Source: Dehalococcoidia bacterium
Lineage (GTDB): Bacteria > Chloroflexota > Dehalococcoidia > GIF9 > AB-539-J10
Assembly (NCBI GenBank): GCA_021160725.1
Contig: JAGHCA010000005.1
Coordinates: 1-44,193 of the forward strand
Direction: 5' to 3'
DNA: 44,193 bases
The notes beneath the pieces were generated by a model, which saw only the letters and a list, made by a program, of their open reading frames with translations, made no database searches and was not told the DNA's origin. Below, one piece after another: positions 1-8,677 of the stretch. Position 1 is the first letter of the stretch. The number at the start of each line of letters is the position of its first letter. A program made the translations under genes and the position numbers.

Positions 1-123
1 TATCTAAGCTCCAAGTCCTGAACAAATTCAAAATCCCAAATTCAAATATCAAACCTTTTTTTTGAATTTTAGTCATTCGTGCTGCGGTATTGCTTAGGGC
101 TTGGGATTTGGTGCTTAGGATTT
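1..123. repeat. Heptamer-based imperfect palindromic repeat (family A), copy 1; left end cut by the window
   Basis: AAATCC/AAATTC-rich left arm and GGATTT/GAATTT-rich right arm. The reverse complement (aaatcctaagcaccaaatcccaag...aatgactaaaa...ttgaatttgttcaggacttggagcttagata) aligns by eye with 18556-18692. Confidence 0.8.
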
Positions 124-139
124 AAGCCGTGGTGTGCTC

Positions 140-484
140 TTACTTGCTTGCTGCTTTAATTCCGATACCAATCCCCAGGGGCACAGCAACTTCGGTCAAG
201 ACTTTCTGGATGGCTTCCTTGAGAGATTTCTTCTGTTCTCTGGTAATTTGATATCGAGTTTTTACCAGACGGGCTATGATATTGGCTGCCTCGAAGTGCA
301 GGTCGATTCGCTCTGGCTGCTCTTGTAGAAGTTCCCTGAGCTTTACTCTGAGAAGGGCGATTTCCTCGTCAATCCCTTCAATATGAGAAGCTTCTTCCAA
401 CTCGAGTTTTTCCGCCTCATCCAGAGCCTGGCTATAGAAACCCCGTGGTCTAACTTTTCTTTTGCCTTTTTCTTCTGCTGTCAT
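140..484 (-). CDS. Hypothetical protein, weakly resembling small terminase-like proteins
   Basis: Clean 114-aa ORF with basic N-terminus, GFYS motif and GIDEEIALLR helix; resemblance is from recall only. Confidence 0.65.
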   Translation of the reverse strand: MTAEEKGKRKVRPRGFYSQALDEAEKLELEEASHIEGIDEEIALLRVKLRELLQEQPERIDLHFEAANIIARLVKTRYQITREQKKSLKEAIQKVLTEVAVPLGIGIGIKAASK

Positions 485-641
485 AACAGTTATGGGGTTC
501 CTGAAGACTTGTCCTCAGCGGAGTCGAAGGATTCGCAGAATTTTTAGTGGTTTTCACCGAGGCTTTGACCAAGCCGTATACGAGGACATGAGCTGCCAGG
601 TAGTAATCCTGCTTCTGGAGAGCCGCCGGCAGTAGTTTCAC
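450..641 (-). CDS. Small hypothetical protein (~63 aa)
   Basis: GTG start at 641 gives VKLLPAALQKQDYYLAAHVLVYGLVKA...; overlaps the start of 140-484. The longer ORF-track start at 794 overlaps pit and is unlikely. Confidence 0.5.
   Translation of the reverse strand: MKLLPAALQKQDYYLAAHVLVYGLVKASVKTTKNSANPSTPLRTSLQEPHNCYDSRRKRQKKS
507..531. repeat. REP-like half-element (GTCCTSAGCGGAGTCGAAGGA type) inside the small ORF
   Basis: acttgtcctcagcggagtcgaagga reads as PSTPLRTS on the minus strand; resembles the element at 42881-42992. Confidence 0.55.
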
Positions 642-691
642 CGTCCAATCATAGCACAAGTGTTCTATATCGGCAAAGGAGTTTTGTCGCT

Positions 692-1708
692 TCAAAGGGC
701 AAGCTTCAGGAGCGATGCTGTAATCCAGCCGAGAGCAGCGCATATAGGGAAGGTTAAAATCCAAGCCAGCACGATATTCCTGGTTATCCCCCACCTTACT
801 GCGGAAAGGCGCTTTGTAGCACCCACTCCCATTACCGCTGCTGTGGCACAGTGAGTGGTGCTTACGGGAATGCCCAGGCGCGAAGCCGTCTCAATGACAG
901 TAGCCGCTGTGGCATCGGTAGCAAAGCCATGGATGGGTTGCATGGTGGTAATCTTCATTCCCACAGTTTTAATAACTCGCCAACCGCCCATAACGATACC
1001 CGAGCTAATGGCTAAAGAGGATACGATTATTACCCACCACGGGATATTGTCCCAAATCTCAACCCGTCCGGTATGAATAAATAGTGCCAGGGTGATGATA
1101 CCAATGGGCATCTGGCCATCATTCTTGCCATGGCTATAGGCTAAAAAAGCAGTGGTAAGCCATTGCAGACGGCTAAAGATAGCTCTCATCCTGGATGGAG
1201 CGTTTCGCCGAAATGCCCAGAGCAGGATAATCATAAGTACAAAGCCACCGATGAAGCCCAGGGTGGGAGCAGCAACCACCGATATCCCAATCCGCTGCAG
1301 AACACCCCATATTACAACTTCCCAACCCAGCACCGCTGCCCCCGCCGTTGCCAGCCCGGTAACAAAACTATGGCTAATACTTACCGGCAGACCCAGGCGA
1401 GTGGCTATAGTCCCCCAGATGATAACCGTGACCAAAGCGGCAACCATGATCAAAAAAGCAGTAATCTCTGGTAAAGCTTTGATTATTTCGGGGTCTAGGA
1501 TTCCCTTGCCGATGGTTCTGGCAACCTCCAGACCGGTAGAGGCACCGGCGAATTCACAAAAGGCAGCCAGTATTATAGCGTTTCGAGGAGAAATAGCTCT
1601 GGAGCCAACGGAAGCAGCAACGCTATTGGCTGCATCATTAAAACCATTAACTATGCCGAAGCCGATGGCTGCCGCAATTACCAAAATGAGCAAGACGAGC
1701 TCAGGCAT
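692..1708 (-). CDS. pit: PiT-family inorganic phosphate transporter
   Basis: GFNDAANSVA and HGKNDGQ signature repeats, PVSTTH, many TM helices. Confidence 0.95.
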   Translation of the reverse strand: MPELVLLILVIAAAIGFGIVNGFNDAANSVAASVGSRAISPRNAIILAAFCEFAGASTGLEVARTIGKGILDPEIIKALPEITAFLIMVAALVTVIIWGTIATRLGLPVSISHSFVTGLATAGAAVLGWEVVIWGVLQRIGISVVAAPTLGFIGGFVLMIILLWAFRRNAPSRMRAIFSRLQWLTTAFLAYSHGKNDGQMPIGIITLALFIHTGRVEIWDNIPWWVIIVSSLAISSGIVMGGWRVIKTVGMKITTMQPIHGFATDATAATVIETASRLGIPVSTTHCATAAVMGVGATKRLSAVRWGITRNIVLAWILTFPICAALGWITASLLKLAL

Positions 1709-2333
1709 GCTTCAATACTATACCTTCGAGGACATTGGCGACATCTTCGCCCCGGTCGGTGGCACTTTCCAGGTGGTCGTAGATTTCCCGCCATTTAATT
1801 ACCTCACAGGCATCGAGATGGCAAACCTCGAATAGCTCAGCCAGAGCGGCATGGTCCACATCATCGGCCTCGTTTTCCAGAGTATTAATCTCTACGCACT
1901 GCTTGATAATCCTTGGGAACTGGTCATGGCGGCGTAAGCAAGGCATGGCTTCATTCAGCTTGTGTGTGACCCTGGCTACGATTCGGGCTAGCTGCCGGGC
2001 TCTTTCCGTGGGTTGGGCAATACGGTACAGGCAAGCTGTTCTACCCGCAGCCTCAATGAGGTCCATTACATCATCCAGACTATGGGCGAGGAGAGTAATA
2101 TCCTCTCTGTCAATAGGAGTAACAAAGGTGCGATGCAGCCTCTGTATTATGTCATGGGTTATAGTATCGCCTTTATGCTCCAAATCCTTAAGTTGGCTGG
2201 CTTTCGCCTCCACATTTTCATAGTTGTCAAAGAGGTCAACCAGCATTTCCGCCGCGGCAACCAGATTGCTCGTGTCCTGTTCAAACAGGTTATAAAATTC
2301 CATATCTCTGGGAGTCAGGAGAAATTTAACCAA
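1701..2333 (-). CDS. DUF47/PhoU-like phosphate transport regulator
   Basis: LEHKGD, FVTPIDREDI, LENEADD and LESATDRGEDVA motifs; coupled to pit. Confidence 0.93.
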   Translation of the reverse strand: MVKFLLTPRDMEFYNLFEQDTSNLVAAAEMLVDLFDNYENVEAKASQLKDLEHKGDTITHDIIQRLHRTFVTPIDREDITLLAHSLDDVMDLIEAAGRTACLYRIAQPTERARQLARIVARVTHKLNEAMPCLRRHDQFPRIIKQCVEINTLENEADDVDHAALAELFEVCHLDACEVIKWREIYDHLESATDRGEDVANVLEGIVLKHA

Positions 2334-2426
2334 AGTACACCTCTGTCAATACATACTCTCCATCTTCACAATCCTCTCAGCCCTGTCTGGAATTATATAT
2401 CATACCCCAGGAGATTTCCACAGGCT

Positions 2427-3770
2427 CTATCCCTCTTTCTGTGACTCCCTCCACCACTTCCTCAGCCTGGACGAAATCTCCTTTTCATAGCCCTGGTCAC
2501 TGGGGATATAATAGCGTTTTTCCTTAAGAGAAGGCGGCAGGTTCTGTTGCCTGACGAAATGGTCGGGGTAATCGTGGGCGTATTTATAGCCCTTCCCATA
2601 TCCCGTCTTGCGCATCAGCTCGGTTACCGGGTTGCGCAAGTGGAGTGGCACAGGTTCATTGCGGCCATGCTGTATATCCTGTTGGACGCGTGAATAAGCC
2701 TGATAAAGCGAGTTGCTTTTGGGAGCGGTTGCCAGGTAAACCACTGCTTGCGCTAAAGCCAGGTTGCCTTCGGGTAAACCCACGAAATGCACTGCCTGCT
2801 GTGCGGCTACTGCTATTACCAGTGCTTGAGGGTCGGCAACGCCAACATCCTCGGATGCAAAGCGCACGAGGCGGCGGACGATGTAGAGAGGGTCTTCACC
2901 GGCTTCGAGCATACGTCCCAGCCAATATAAGGCAGCATCCGGGTCGGAACCACGTAGCGATTTATGCAGTGCCGAAATCAGGTCATAATGTTGGTCACCA
3001 CTCTTGTCATAGAGCAAAGCACGGTGCTGCAGTGACTGCTCAACAGCCGACAGGTCTATTGACCGCAAGCCCTCGCTGTCAGGCACAGTAGCAAACGCTG
3101 CCATCTCTAAGGCGTTCAATGCCACACGAGCATCCCCATTGGATGCGGTTACCAGGTGATTAAGGGCTTCCTCGCTTATGCCAATCTGAAATTTACCCAA
3201 TCCTCTTTTTTTGTTCTTCATGGCTCGCTCCACAATGAGTTTGACCTCCTCATTGCTGAGCGGGTTTAATTGGAAAACCCGGCAGCGAGAGAGGAGCGGT
3301 GCGATGACTTCAAAGGAGGGGTTTTCCGTAGTTGCTCCAATAAAAGTCACTGTGCCACTTTCCACGAAAGGTAATATGACATCCTGTTGTGCCTTATTAA
3401 AACGGTGAATCTCATCAATGAAAAGAATGGTTCTCTGACCTGATAGTTTTAGTCTTTTCTCGGCTTCCCCAATAACATGTCGCAAATCAGCCACACCGGC
3501 ACTGACGGCGCTCAAAGAGCTGAATTGTGCTCTGGTGATATTGGCGATAATGTGAGCCAGGGTTGTCTTGCCGCTGCCCGGCGGTCCCCAGAAAATCATG
3601 GAAGGTAGCTGGTCTGCCTCGATACATTTTCGGAATACCCGTCCCGCTGCAACTAAATGCTCCTGCCCCACGAACTCGTCGAAAGTCTGCGGCCGCATCC
3701 TTGCCGCCAGGGGCATACTGTGAGGCAAATCCTTTTCCTCAGGCAAGTCGAAAAGAGGCATCCTGTCCAT
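2427..3770 (-). CDS. rarA: Replication-associated recombination protein A (AAA+ ATPase, MgsA/RarA)
   Basis: PLAARMRP, GPPGSGKT, FIDEIHRF, ATTENP, HKSLRGSDPDAALYW. Confidence 0.96.
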   Translation of the reverse strand: MDRMPLFDLPEEKDLPHSMPLAARMRPQTFDEFVGQEHLVAAGRVFRKCIEADQLPSMIFWGPPGSGKTTLAHIIANITRAQFSSLSAVSAGVADLRHVIGEAEKRLKLSGQRTILFIDEIHRFNKAQQDVILPFVESGTVTFIGATTENPSFEVIAPLLSRCRVFQLNPLSNEEVKLIVERAMKNKKRGLGKFQIGISEEALNHLVTASNGDARVALNALEMAAFATVPDSEGLRSIDLSAVEQSLQHRALLYDKSGDQHYDLISALHKSLRGSDPDAALYWLGRMLEAGEDPLYIVRRLVRFASEDVGVADPQALVIAVAAQQAVHFVGLPEGNLALAQAVVYLATAPKSNSLYQAYSRVQQDIQHGRNEPVPLHLRNPVTELMRKTGYGKGYKYAHDYPDHFVRQQNLPPSLKEKRYYIPSDQGYEKEISSRLRKWWRESQKEG

Positions 3771-3789
3771 TATTGGTAATTATGACCTA

Positions 3790-4305
3790 TTACTTGAATC
3801 TTCTCACTTGGAAGCGATAGAGCTTAACTGGCTCACCGACTGATATGCCTGCCTTGAGCCGGCAAATGGTTATCTGATCTTCGACACTATCTACGCCCTC
3901 CAAATCGGGCAGCAGAAGACCTCTTTTCCAGCCACTCTCCACGATAACGCCGTATTTTTTGTGGTCAAGCTGGCTGATATCTGCGACTGGCTCAGGTTCA
4001 GTGAGGATATCTACGTTATATTCCAGGGCATCAAGCTCAGATGCAGTCACCGGAGGAAAGCGAGGATCCTTGGTAGATGAGCTAATAGCATTGGCAATGA
4101 TTTCTTCAGCAACATTTTCCCTGGTTGGCTCGAAGGTGCCGATGCATCCTCTTAATTGTCCATGCTTGTGAAGGGAAACAAAAACCCCCGCCCGCTCTTT
4201 CATTTCTGGAGTTAACTCCTTCGGCTCGGGTATTTTGCCCTCCCGGACATAGCTTTCCACCGTTTCTTTAGCCAGTTTCACTACAGGATGAAGTTCCCCT
4301 GCCAT
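3790..4305 (-). CDS. amrA: AmmeMemoRadiSam system protein A (AMMECR1 family)
   Basis: LRGCIG, DPRF and GLLLPDL motifs. Start placed at ATG 4305 (GGGAG upstream); the ORF-track extension to 4419 runs through repeats. Confidence 0.9.
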   Translation of the reverse strand: MAGELHPVVKLAKETVESYVREGKIPEPKELTPEMKERAGVFVSLHKHGQLRGCIGTFEPTRENVAEEIIANAISSSTKDPRFPPVTASELDALEYNVDILTEPEPVADISQLDHKKYGVIVESGWKRGLLLPDLEGVDSVEDQITICRLKAGISVGEPVKLYRFQVRRFK

Positions 4306-4329
4306 AAGCATCTCCCTCCCCACTCCCTT

Positions 4330-4400
4330 CCCTCTCCCCAGATGGGAGAGGATCAAGGTGAGGGTGGCAACCTCCGTAGTTGTCCTGATTACATCGGGGC
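4330..4400. repeat. REP-like hairpins CCTCTCCC-n5-GGGAGAGG...GGTGAGGG and GTCCTGAT-n3-ATCGGGGC
   Basis: Perfect 8-bp stem 4331-4338/4344-4351 followed by ggtgagggtg; a second short imperfect palindrome at 4382-4400. Confidence 0.6.
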
Positions 4401-4433
4401 TGCCCAATAAAATTGACAAACACTGCTTAACTA

Positions 4434-4571
4434 TCTCCCTTAAGATTAAGGATTCTCTCTTCCAACATCCCTCTTAAAATAAGGGAGATAAAGGGGGTTA
4501 TGAGTGTTTCTCAGCCACCATCAGCTATTTATTCATAACTCTCCCTTCCCCCTCTTATCTTAAGAGGGGGA
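4434..4571. repeat. REP-like family B (CCCCTCTTA-n-TAAGAGGGG...GTTATGA), inverted pair
   Basis: ccctcttaaaataaggggagataaagggggttatga (about 4468-4503) faces tcataactctcccttccccctcttatcttaagaggggg (about 4533-4570); related copies at 37311-37392. Confidence 0.7.
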
Positions 4572-4591
4572 CCTTAAATAGGAATCTAAAA

Positions 4592-5602
4592 TCAAGTGCG
4601 AAAATTAAGCTCAGCTCCACAGAATTTACACTTCGAGCTATCTAGCCCTACTACCTCAGTGTCATAGCCAATACGACGAACGACTGTTTTGTCACAAGAA
4701 TAACACACGGTGTTTTCATACTCGTGCCCCGGCACATTGCCCAGATAGACAAATTTCAGCCCGGCGTCTTTTCCAATCTTATATATCCTTTCTAAAGTGG
4801 ATAACGGGGTGGCTGACAGGTGGGTAAATTCGTGCAGGGGGTGGAAACGGGTTACATGCCAGGGGGTAAGTTCGCCCAGGTTATCTCGAATCCAAGTAGC
4901 AATGTTCCTGAGCTGCTCTTCATCGTCGTTCATCGTCGGAATGATATTGGTCACCACCTCAACATGCATATTCCATTTTTCTTTAGCTCGCCTGGCGACG
5001 TCCAAAATGCCTTGCCACTGAGGAATCTTGGCTAGCTGCCGATAGAACCCGTCGGTGAAGCCCTTGACATCCACCCTCCAGGCATCAAGCCAGGGACCTA
5101 TGGTATCCAGAGCCTCGGGCGTGGCATAGCCATTGGTCACGTACACAGTGTAGAGATTATTTTCTTTAGCCAGCCTGGCTGAATCCAGGGTGTATTCAAA
5201 CCAAACCGTCGGCTCATTGTAGGTCCAGGCAATGCCTGCGCAATTGTATCTCTTGGCTAGCTCTATCTCTTTTTCCGGGAGCAGTTGCTGTGAATCTCGT
5301 GGCATATCCACGCAGGAAATTTCCCAGTTCTGGCATCCCTTGCAGTGGAAATTACATCCCCAGGTGCCTAGTGAGAAGGCATAGGTGCCGGGGAAGAAAT
5401 GAAACAGAGGTTTCTTCTCAATATGGTCGGCCGCCATCGAGGATATCTCGGCATAATTCATGCTATACAGCTTACCATCCCGATTGATGCGCATGCGGCA
5501 GAGGCCAACCATACCTGGATTGATAAGGCACCTCCACTGGCAAACATGACACCTCACGCGGCTGCCAGGGAGTGTCTCATAGAGCATCGCCTCCCTTTCC
5601 AT
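4592..5602 (-). CDS. amrS: AmmeMemoRadiSam system radical SAM enzyme
   Basis: N-terminal CxxCxxxC, IEKKPLFHF, CNFHCKGCQNWEIS (CxxxCxxC), TYNEP, VTNGY. Confidence 0.95.
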   Translation of the reverse strand: MEREAMLYETLPGSRVRCHVCQWRCLINPGMVGLCRMRINRDGKLYSMNYAEISSMAADHIEKKPLFHFFPGTYAFSLGTWGCNFHCKGCQNWEISCVDMPRDSQQLLPEKEIELAKRYNCAGIAWTYNEPTVWFEYTLDSARLAKENNLYTVYVTNGYATPEALDTIGPWLDAWRVDVKGFTDGFYRQLAKIPQWQGILDVARRAKEKWNMHVEVVTNIIPTMNDDEEQLRNIATWIRDNLGELTPWHVTRFHPLHEFTHLSATPLSTLERIYKIGKDAGLKFVYLGNVPGHEYENTVCYSCDKTVVRRIGYDTEVVGLDSSKCKFCGAELNFRT

Positions 5603-5665
5603 CCCTTATCATTATATCATTATAGGCTGCTTCGATATAATCACAGTGCGGAATATCATTTCCCA

Positions 5666-5945
5666 CTAAATCCCAAACACAAATACCAGACAATACCAAA
5701 GACTAAAATACTAATGACCGCGCAATAGGCACTAAGTCATTGCATGGAATTCCCCCCTTTTTGGCATTCTGGGTCCCGTTTTATGGGAACGGTGCAACCT
5801 CGCGGTGGGGCATGAAATTGCCACGCTTCGCTGGCAATGGCGCGGGTGCAGCAAAAGCCCAAAACGATTTGGAAATTTGAATTTTGATATTTGGATTTGG
5901 TTAGTCCCTGATTAAACCGTGGGTCGCATTTTGGAATCTGGAATC
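5666..5945. repeat. Family A heptamer palindrome, copy 2, with a nested GTCATTGC...GCAATG(A/G)C element (5736-5841)
   Basis: Left arm aaatcccaaacacaaataccagacaataccaaagactaaaatactaatgacc; right arm tttggaaatttgaattttgatatttggatttgg; inner element with 7/8 terminal inverted match. Confidence 0.65.
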
Positions 5946-7522
5946 TAGTTCTTGTCGATATACACCCTTCTTAGGTCGGGAATACCCAGAGGACTGAGTT
6001 CGTAGCCTTTGATATAGGGCTCCACCAGGATATAGTTGGCACCATGGAACAGGGGGAGGCAAGGAGCATCATCAACTACTAGTTGTTCAGCTTGCTGGTA
6101 CATAGCCAGGCGGAGGGCCTCATCTTGTTCTATAGCTGCCTGGTCAAGCAAAGCATCCAGGGTGGAGTTGCTGTATTCGGAGAGGTTAACTTCGCTTCCG
6201 GTATAAAAGAGAACATCCAGGAAATTATGTGGGTCGGGGTAGTCAGCTATCCAGCCCATTACGAACATCTCATCCTTCTCTTGTTTCAGGTTATAAAGGA
6301 AATTCTCTGATTCTAGTTGCCTCACCGAGATTTCCACGCCGAGATTTTGCTGCCATTCCTGGATGATGGCACCCAGGTAACTGGGAATGCTATTGCCATA
6401 GCCATTAACAGTCAGGGTGATGGGGGGCAAGTTCGAGGCATCTCCGTATTTCGAGTCGGCGATGAGCTCTTTCGCCTTTTCCACATCGTAGTCCAGTCCT
6501 TCGAGAGCTTCGTTATAGCCGGGCATGCCCGGCGGCAAAATACCACCAGCTTCACTTATCATGTCCCTTAATATCACCTTAGCGATGTGCTCTTTATCCA
6601 CAGCGTGACAGAAGGCACGACGGACATTGACGTCGTCGAAAGGAGGTTGGGCAGTGTTGAAGCCAATATAGTAAAGGCTAAGCTCGGGGGTTACGGCTAA
6701 CTCGGAATAAAATGGGCCAGTCTCATCACTCGCTCGGTCAATGTAGGGTAAGTAAACAGAAACGACATCAATTTGCCCTGTCTCGTACAGGGTCATGGGC
6801 ATACCAGACAGAAGATAGACGACCTGTTCCAGTTTAGCCGGCTCACCGTAATAAATCTGGCTGCGTTCCAAAATCAACCGCTCTCCTGCTTGCCATTCCT
6901 TTAGCTTAAATGGTCCTGTCCCGTCTGGCTCTCGCCACCAGTCCTCCCCGGATTCCGCATTAGCCCTATCAACCACAAAGGCGGTAGGATAAGCCAGCTT
7001 GTTCAAGAAGTAAGCCTTGGGGGCATCAATGGTAACCCGAAGTGTATAGTCATCAAAGACTTCAACCCCTGAGATTTCCTCCGCTTCTCCCGCCAGCATA
7101 TCCTTAACACCAACAATATCGCCCAGATACGTAGCTGCTGTGCCAGAGCCAGTATCGGGGTGGCAGGCTCGCTCCCAGGAGTATTTGAAATCGGCGGCTT
7201 TGACTTCCCTACCGCTATGAAATTTCACCCCCTGGCGCAGGTGGAAGGTGTATGTTTTGCCATCGGGGCTTGTCTCCCAGCTCTCAGCAATATCGGGCAC
7301 TATGTTCAGCTCATGGTCAAGACGAACCAAGCCAGAGAAGATATGCATGACGTAGGTATGAGAAGACATGTCGGCAGAAATCGCCGGATCAAGCGTTATG
7401 GGGCCGCTATCCCAGAGGCGGAGGACGCCCTGGCTGCTGAAAGGCAGGCAGGCAGTTGAAGGTAGAGAAAATAAGGCGAAGACGAGAAGACATAATAATG
7501 CAAGCTGCCAGATTCTTTTCAT
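5945..7522 (-). CDS. Peptide/oligopeptide ABC transporter substrate-binding protein (SBP family 5)
   Basis: Signal peptide with TAC lipobox-like site, TLDPA, YTFHLRQGVKFHSG, GTGPF, WIADYPDP. Confidence 0.93.
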   Translation of the reverse strand: MKRIWQLALLCLLVFALFSLPSTACLPFSSQGVLRLWDSGPITLDPAISADMSSHTYVMHIFSGLVRLDHELNIVPDIAESWETSPDGKTYTFHLRQGVKFHSGREVKAADFKYSWERACHPDTGSGTAATYLGDIVGVKDMLAGEAEEISGVEVFDDYTLRVTIDAPKAYFLNKLAYPTAFVVDRANAESGEDWWREPDGTGPFKLKEWQAGERLILERSQIYYGEPAKLEQVVYLLSGMPMTLYETGQIDVVSVYLPYIDRASDETGPFYSELAVTPELSLYYIGFNTAQPPFDDVNVRRAFCHAVDKEHIAKVILRDMISEAGGILPPGMPGYNEALEGLDYDVEKAKELIADSKYGDASNLPPITLTVNGYGNSIPSYLGAIIQEWQQNLGVEISVRQLESENFLYNLKQEKDEMFVMGWIADYPDPHNFLDVLFYTGSEVNLSEYSNSTLDALLDQAAIEQDEALRLAMYQQAEQLVVDDAPCLPLFHGANYILVEPYIKGYELSPLGIPDLRRVYIDKN

Positions 7523-7959
7523 TGCTCACCTTCAGCAAAAAAAGACTGCAACGCCGCAAACAATTCAGAGGGCTTCTGGCAGCCTGCTGCCATCTTCTCA
7601 AACGGACACAGGTCTGTACCATCATAGTTAGAGATATGCGGGACTATGCTCTTAGTATTGATGGTAACCCCTTGCTCCCTCAACATATCAAGAGCCCCCT
7701 GGCTTGCTATGCCAGCATATACTGAGTTTATACGGGCTTGAAGGCAAAGCATCGCTACGGCTGAGCCCACTATCCGGTCAGCCAGCGCAGCATTGTACAA
7801 ACTTTTTCCCATACTCTGAACAGCCTGGAAAAGAGGCGCTACTCCGCTCTCCTGAGAACTGAACAGGACGTGTCCTCCCTTCACTATAACGAGATTCAAA
7901 TTTTCTTCCTCTAGAAGAGAACGAGCCAATTCTATGTCTTCCATGTTACCGAACCTCAA
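7519..7959 (-). CDS. DUF1893 (TM1506-like) protein
   Basis: GVAPL, ADRIVGSAVA and DLCPFEK motifs. Confidence 0.8.
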   Translation of the reverse strand: MRFGNMEDIELARSLLEEENLNLVIVKGGHVLFSSQESGVAPLFQAVQSMGKSLYNAALADRIVGSAVAMLCLQARINSVYAGIASQGALDMLREQGVTINTKSIVPHISNYDGTDLCPFEKMAAGCQKPSELFAALQSFFAEGEQ

Positions 7960-7967
7960 ACTGTCAG

Positions 7968-8657
7968 TTAAAACAGACCCTTATCCTTCAAGCTTAGGTA
8001 GCTCTTGTCACAAACAACGATGTGGTCAAGGACATCAATGCCTATGATTTCGCCAGCTTTAGCCAGCCGCTTGGTTAGCTCGACATCCTCTTTCGAGGGC
8101 TCGGGGTCGCCTGAAGGATGATTATGTACAAAGATTACCGAAGCAGCGGAGGAAGAAACCGCTTCCTTAAACGCCTCTCGAGGATGAACAATGCTTGTAT
8201 CCAGGCTGCCTATGGAAACTGGCATGCAGTTTATTAACCTGTTTCTAGTATCAAGGCAAAGTACCAAAAAATGCTCCTTCTTCTTGCCTTTCAACTGGCT
8301 CCTTACTATGGCAACCACATCCTCCGGGGACAGGAGCGCCGGCCTGGGTTTCTCACCGACATCGGCTTCCAGCCTTTTACTCAATTCAAAGGCAGCTTTA
8401 ATCTGTGCAGTCTTGGCCGGTCCCATGCCACTTATCTGCATCAACTCCTCCACAGAGGCATTGGCAATGCCTCTGAGATTGCCAAATCGACTTAACAGTT
8501 TCTGGCTGGTCACCATGACTGATTCACCTTTGATGCCTCGACCCAGTATTAAGGCTAAAATTTCCTGGGCGGATAGAGCTTCGCTGCCCAATTTTAGCAG
8601 CCTCTCCCTGGGACGCTCACTGAGGGGCAAATCGCGCACAGTAAACGAGTTCTTCAT
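7968..8657 (-). CDS. radC: RadC family protein (HhH N-terminus plus JAB domain)
   Basis: ERPRERL, ELLA-like helix, VHPRE, HNHPSGDPEPSKED, LDH. Confidence 0.96.
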   Translation of the reverse strand: MKNSFTVRDLPLSERPRERLLKLGSEALSAQEILALILGRGIKGESVMVTSQKLLSRFGNLRGIANASVEELMQISGMGPAKTAQIKAAFELSKRLEADVGEKPRPALLSPEDVVAIVRSQLKGKKKEHFLVLCLDTRNRLINCMPVSIGSLDTSIVHPREAFKEAVSSSAASVIFVHNHPSGDPEPSKEDVELTKRLAKAGEIIGIDVLDHIVVCDKSYLSLKDKGLF

Positions 8658-8677
8658 AGCTTACTTTAGATGGTTGA

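Noticed and set aside
1152-3091. Plus-strand ORFs of 227, 143 and 148 aa, and the many similar antisense ORFs across the window
   Set aside because: They lie almost wholly antisense to well-supported genes (pit, DUF47, rarA and others) and have no recognisable motifs; shadow ORFs.
4306-4419. N-terminal extension of the AMMECR1 ORF
   Set aside because: It translates REP-like hairpins; a better RBS and ATG lie at 4305.
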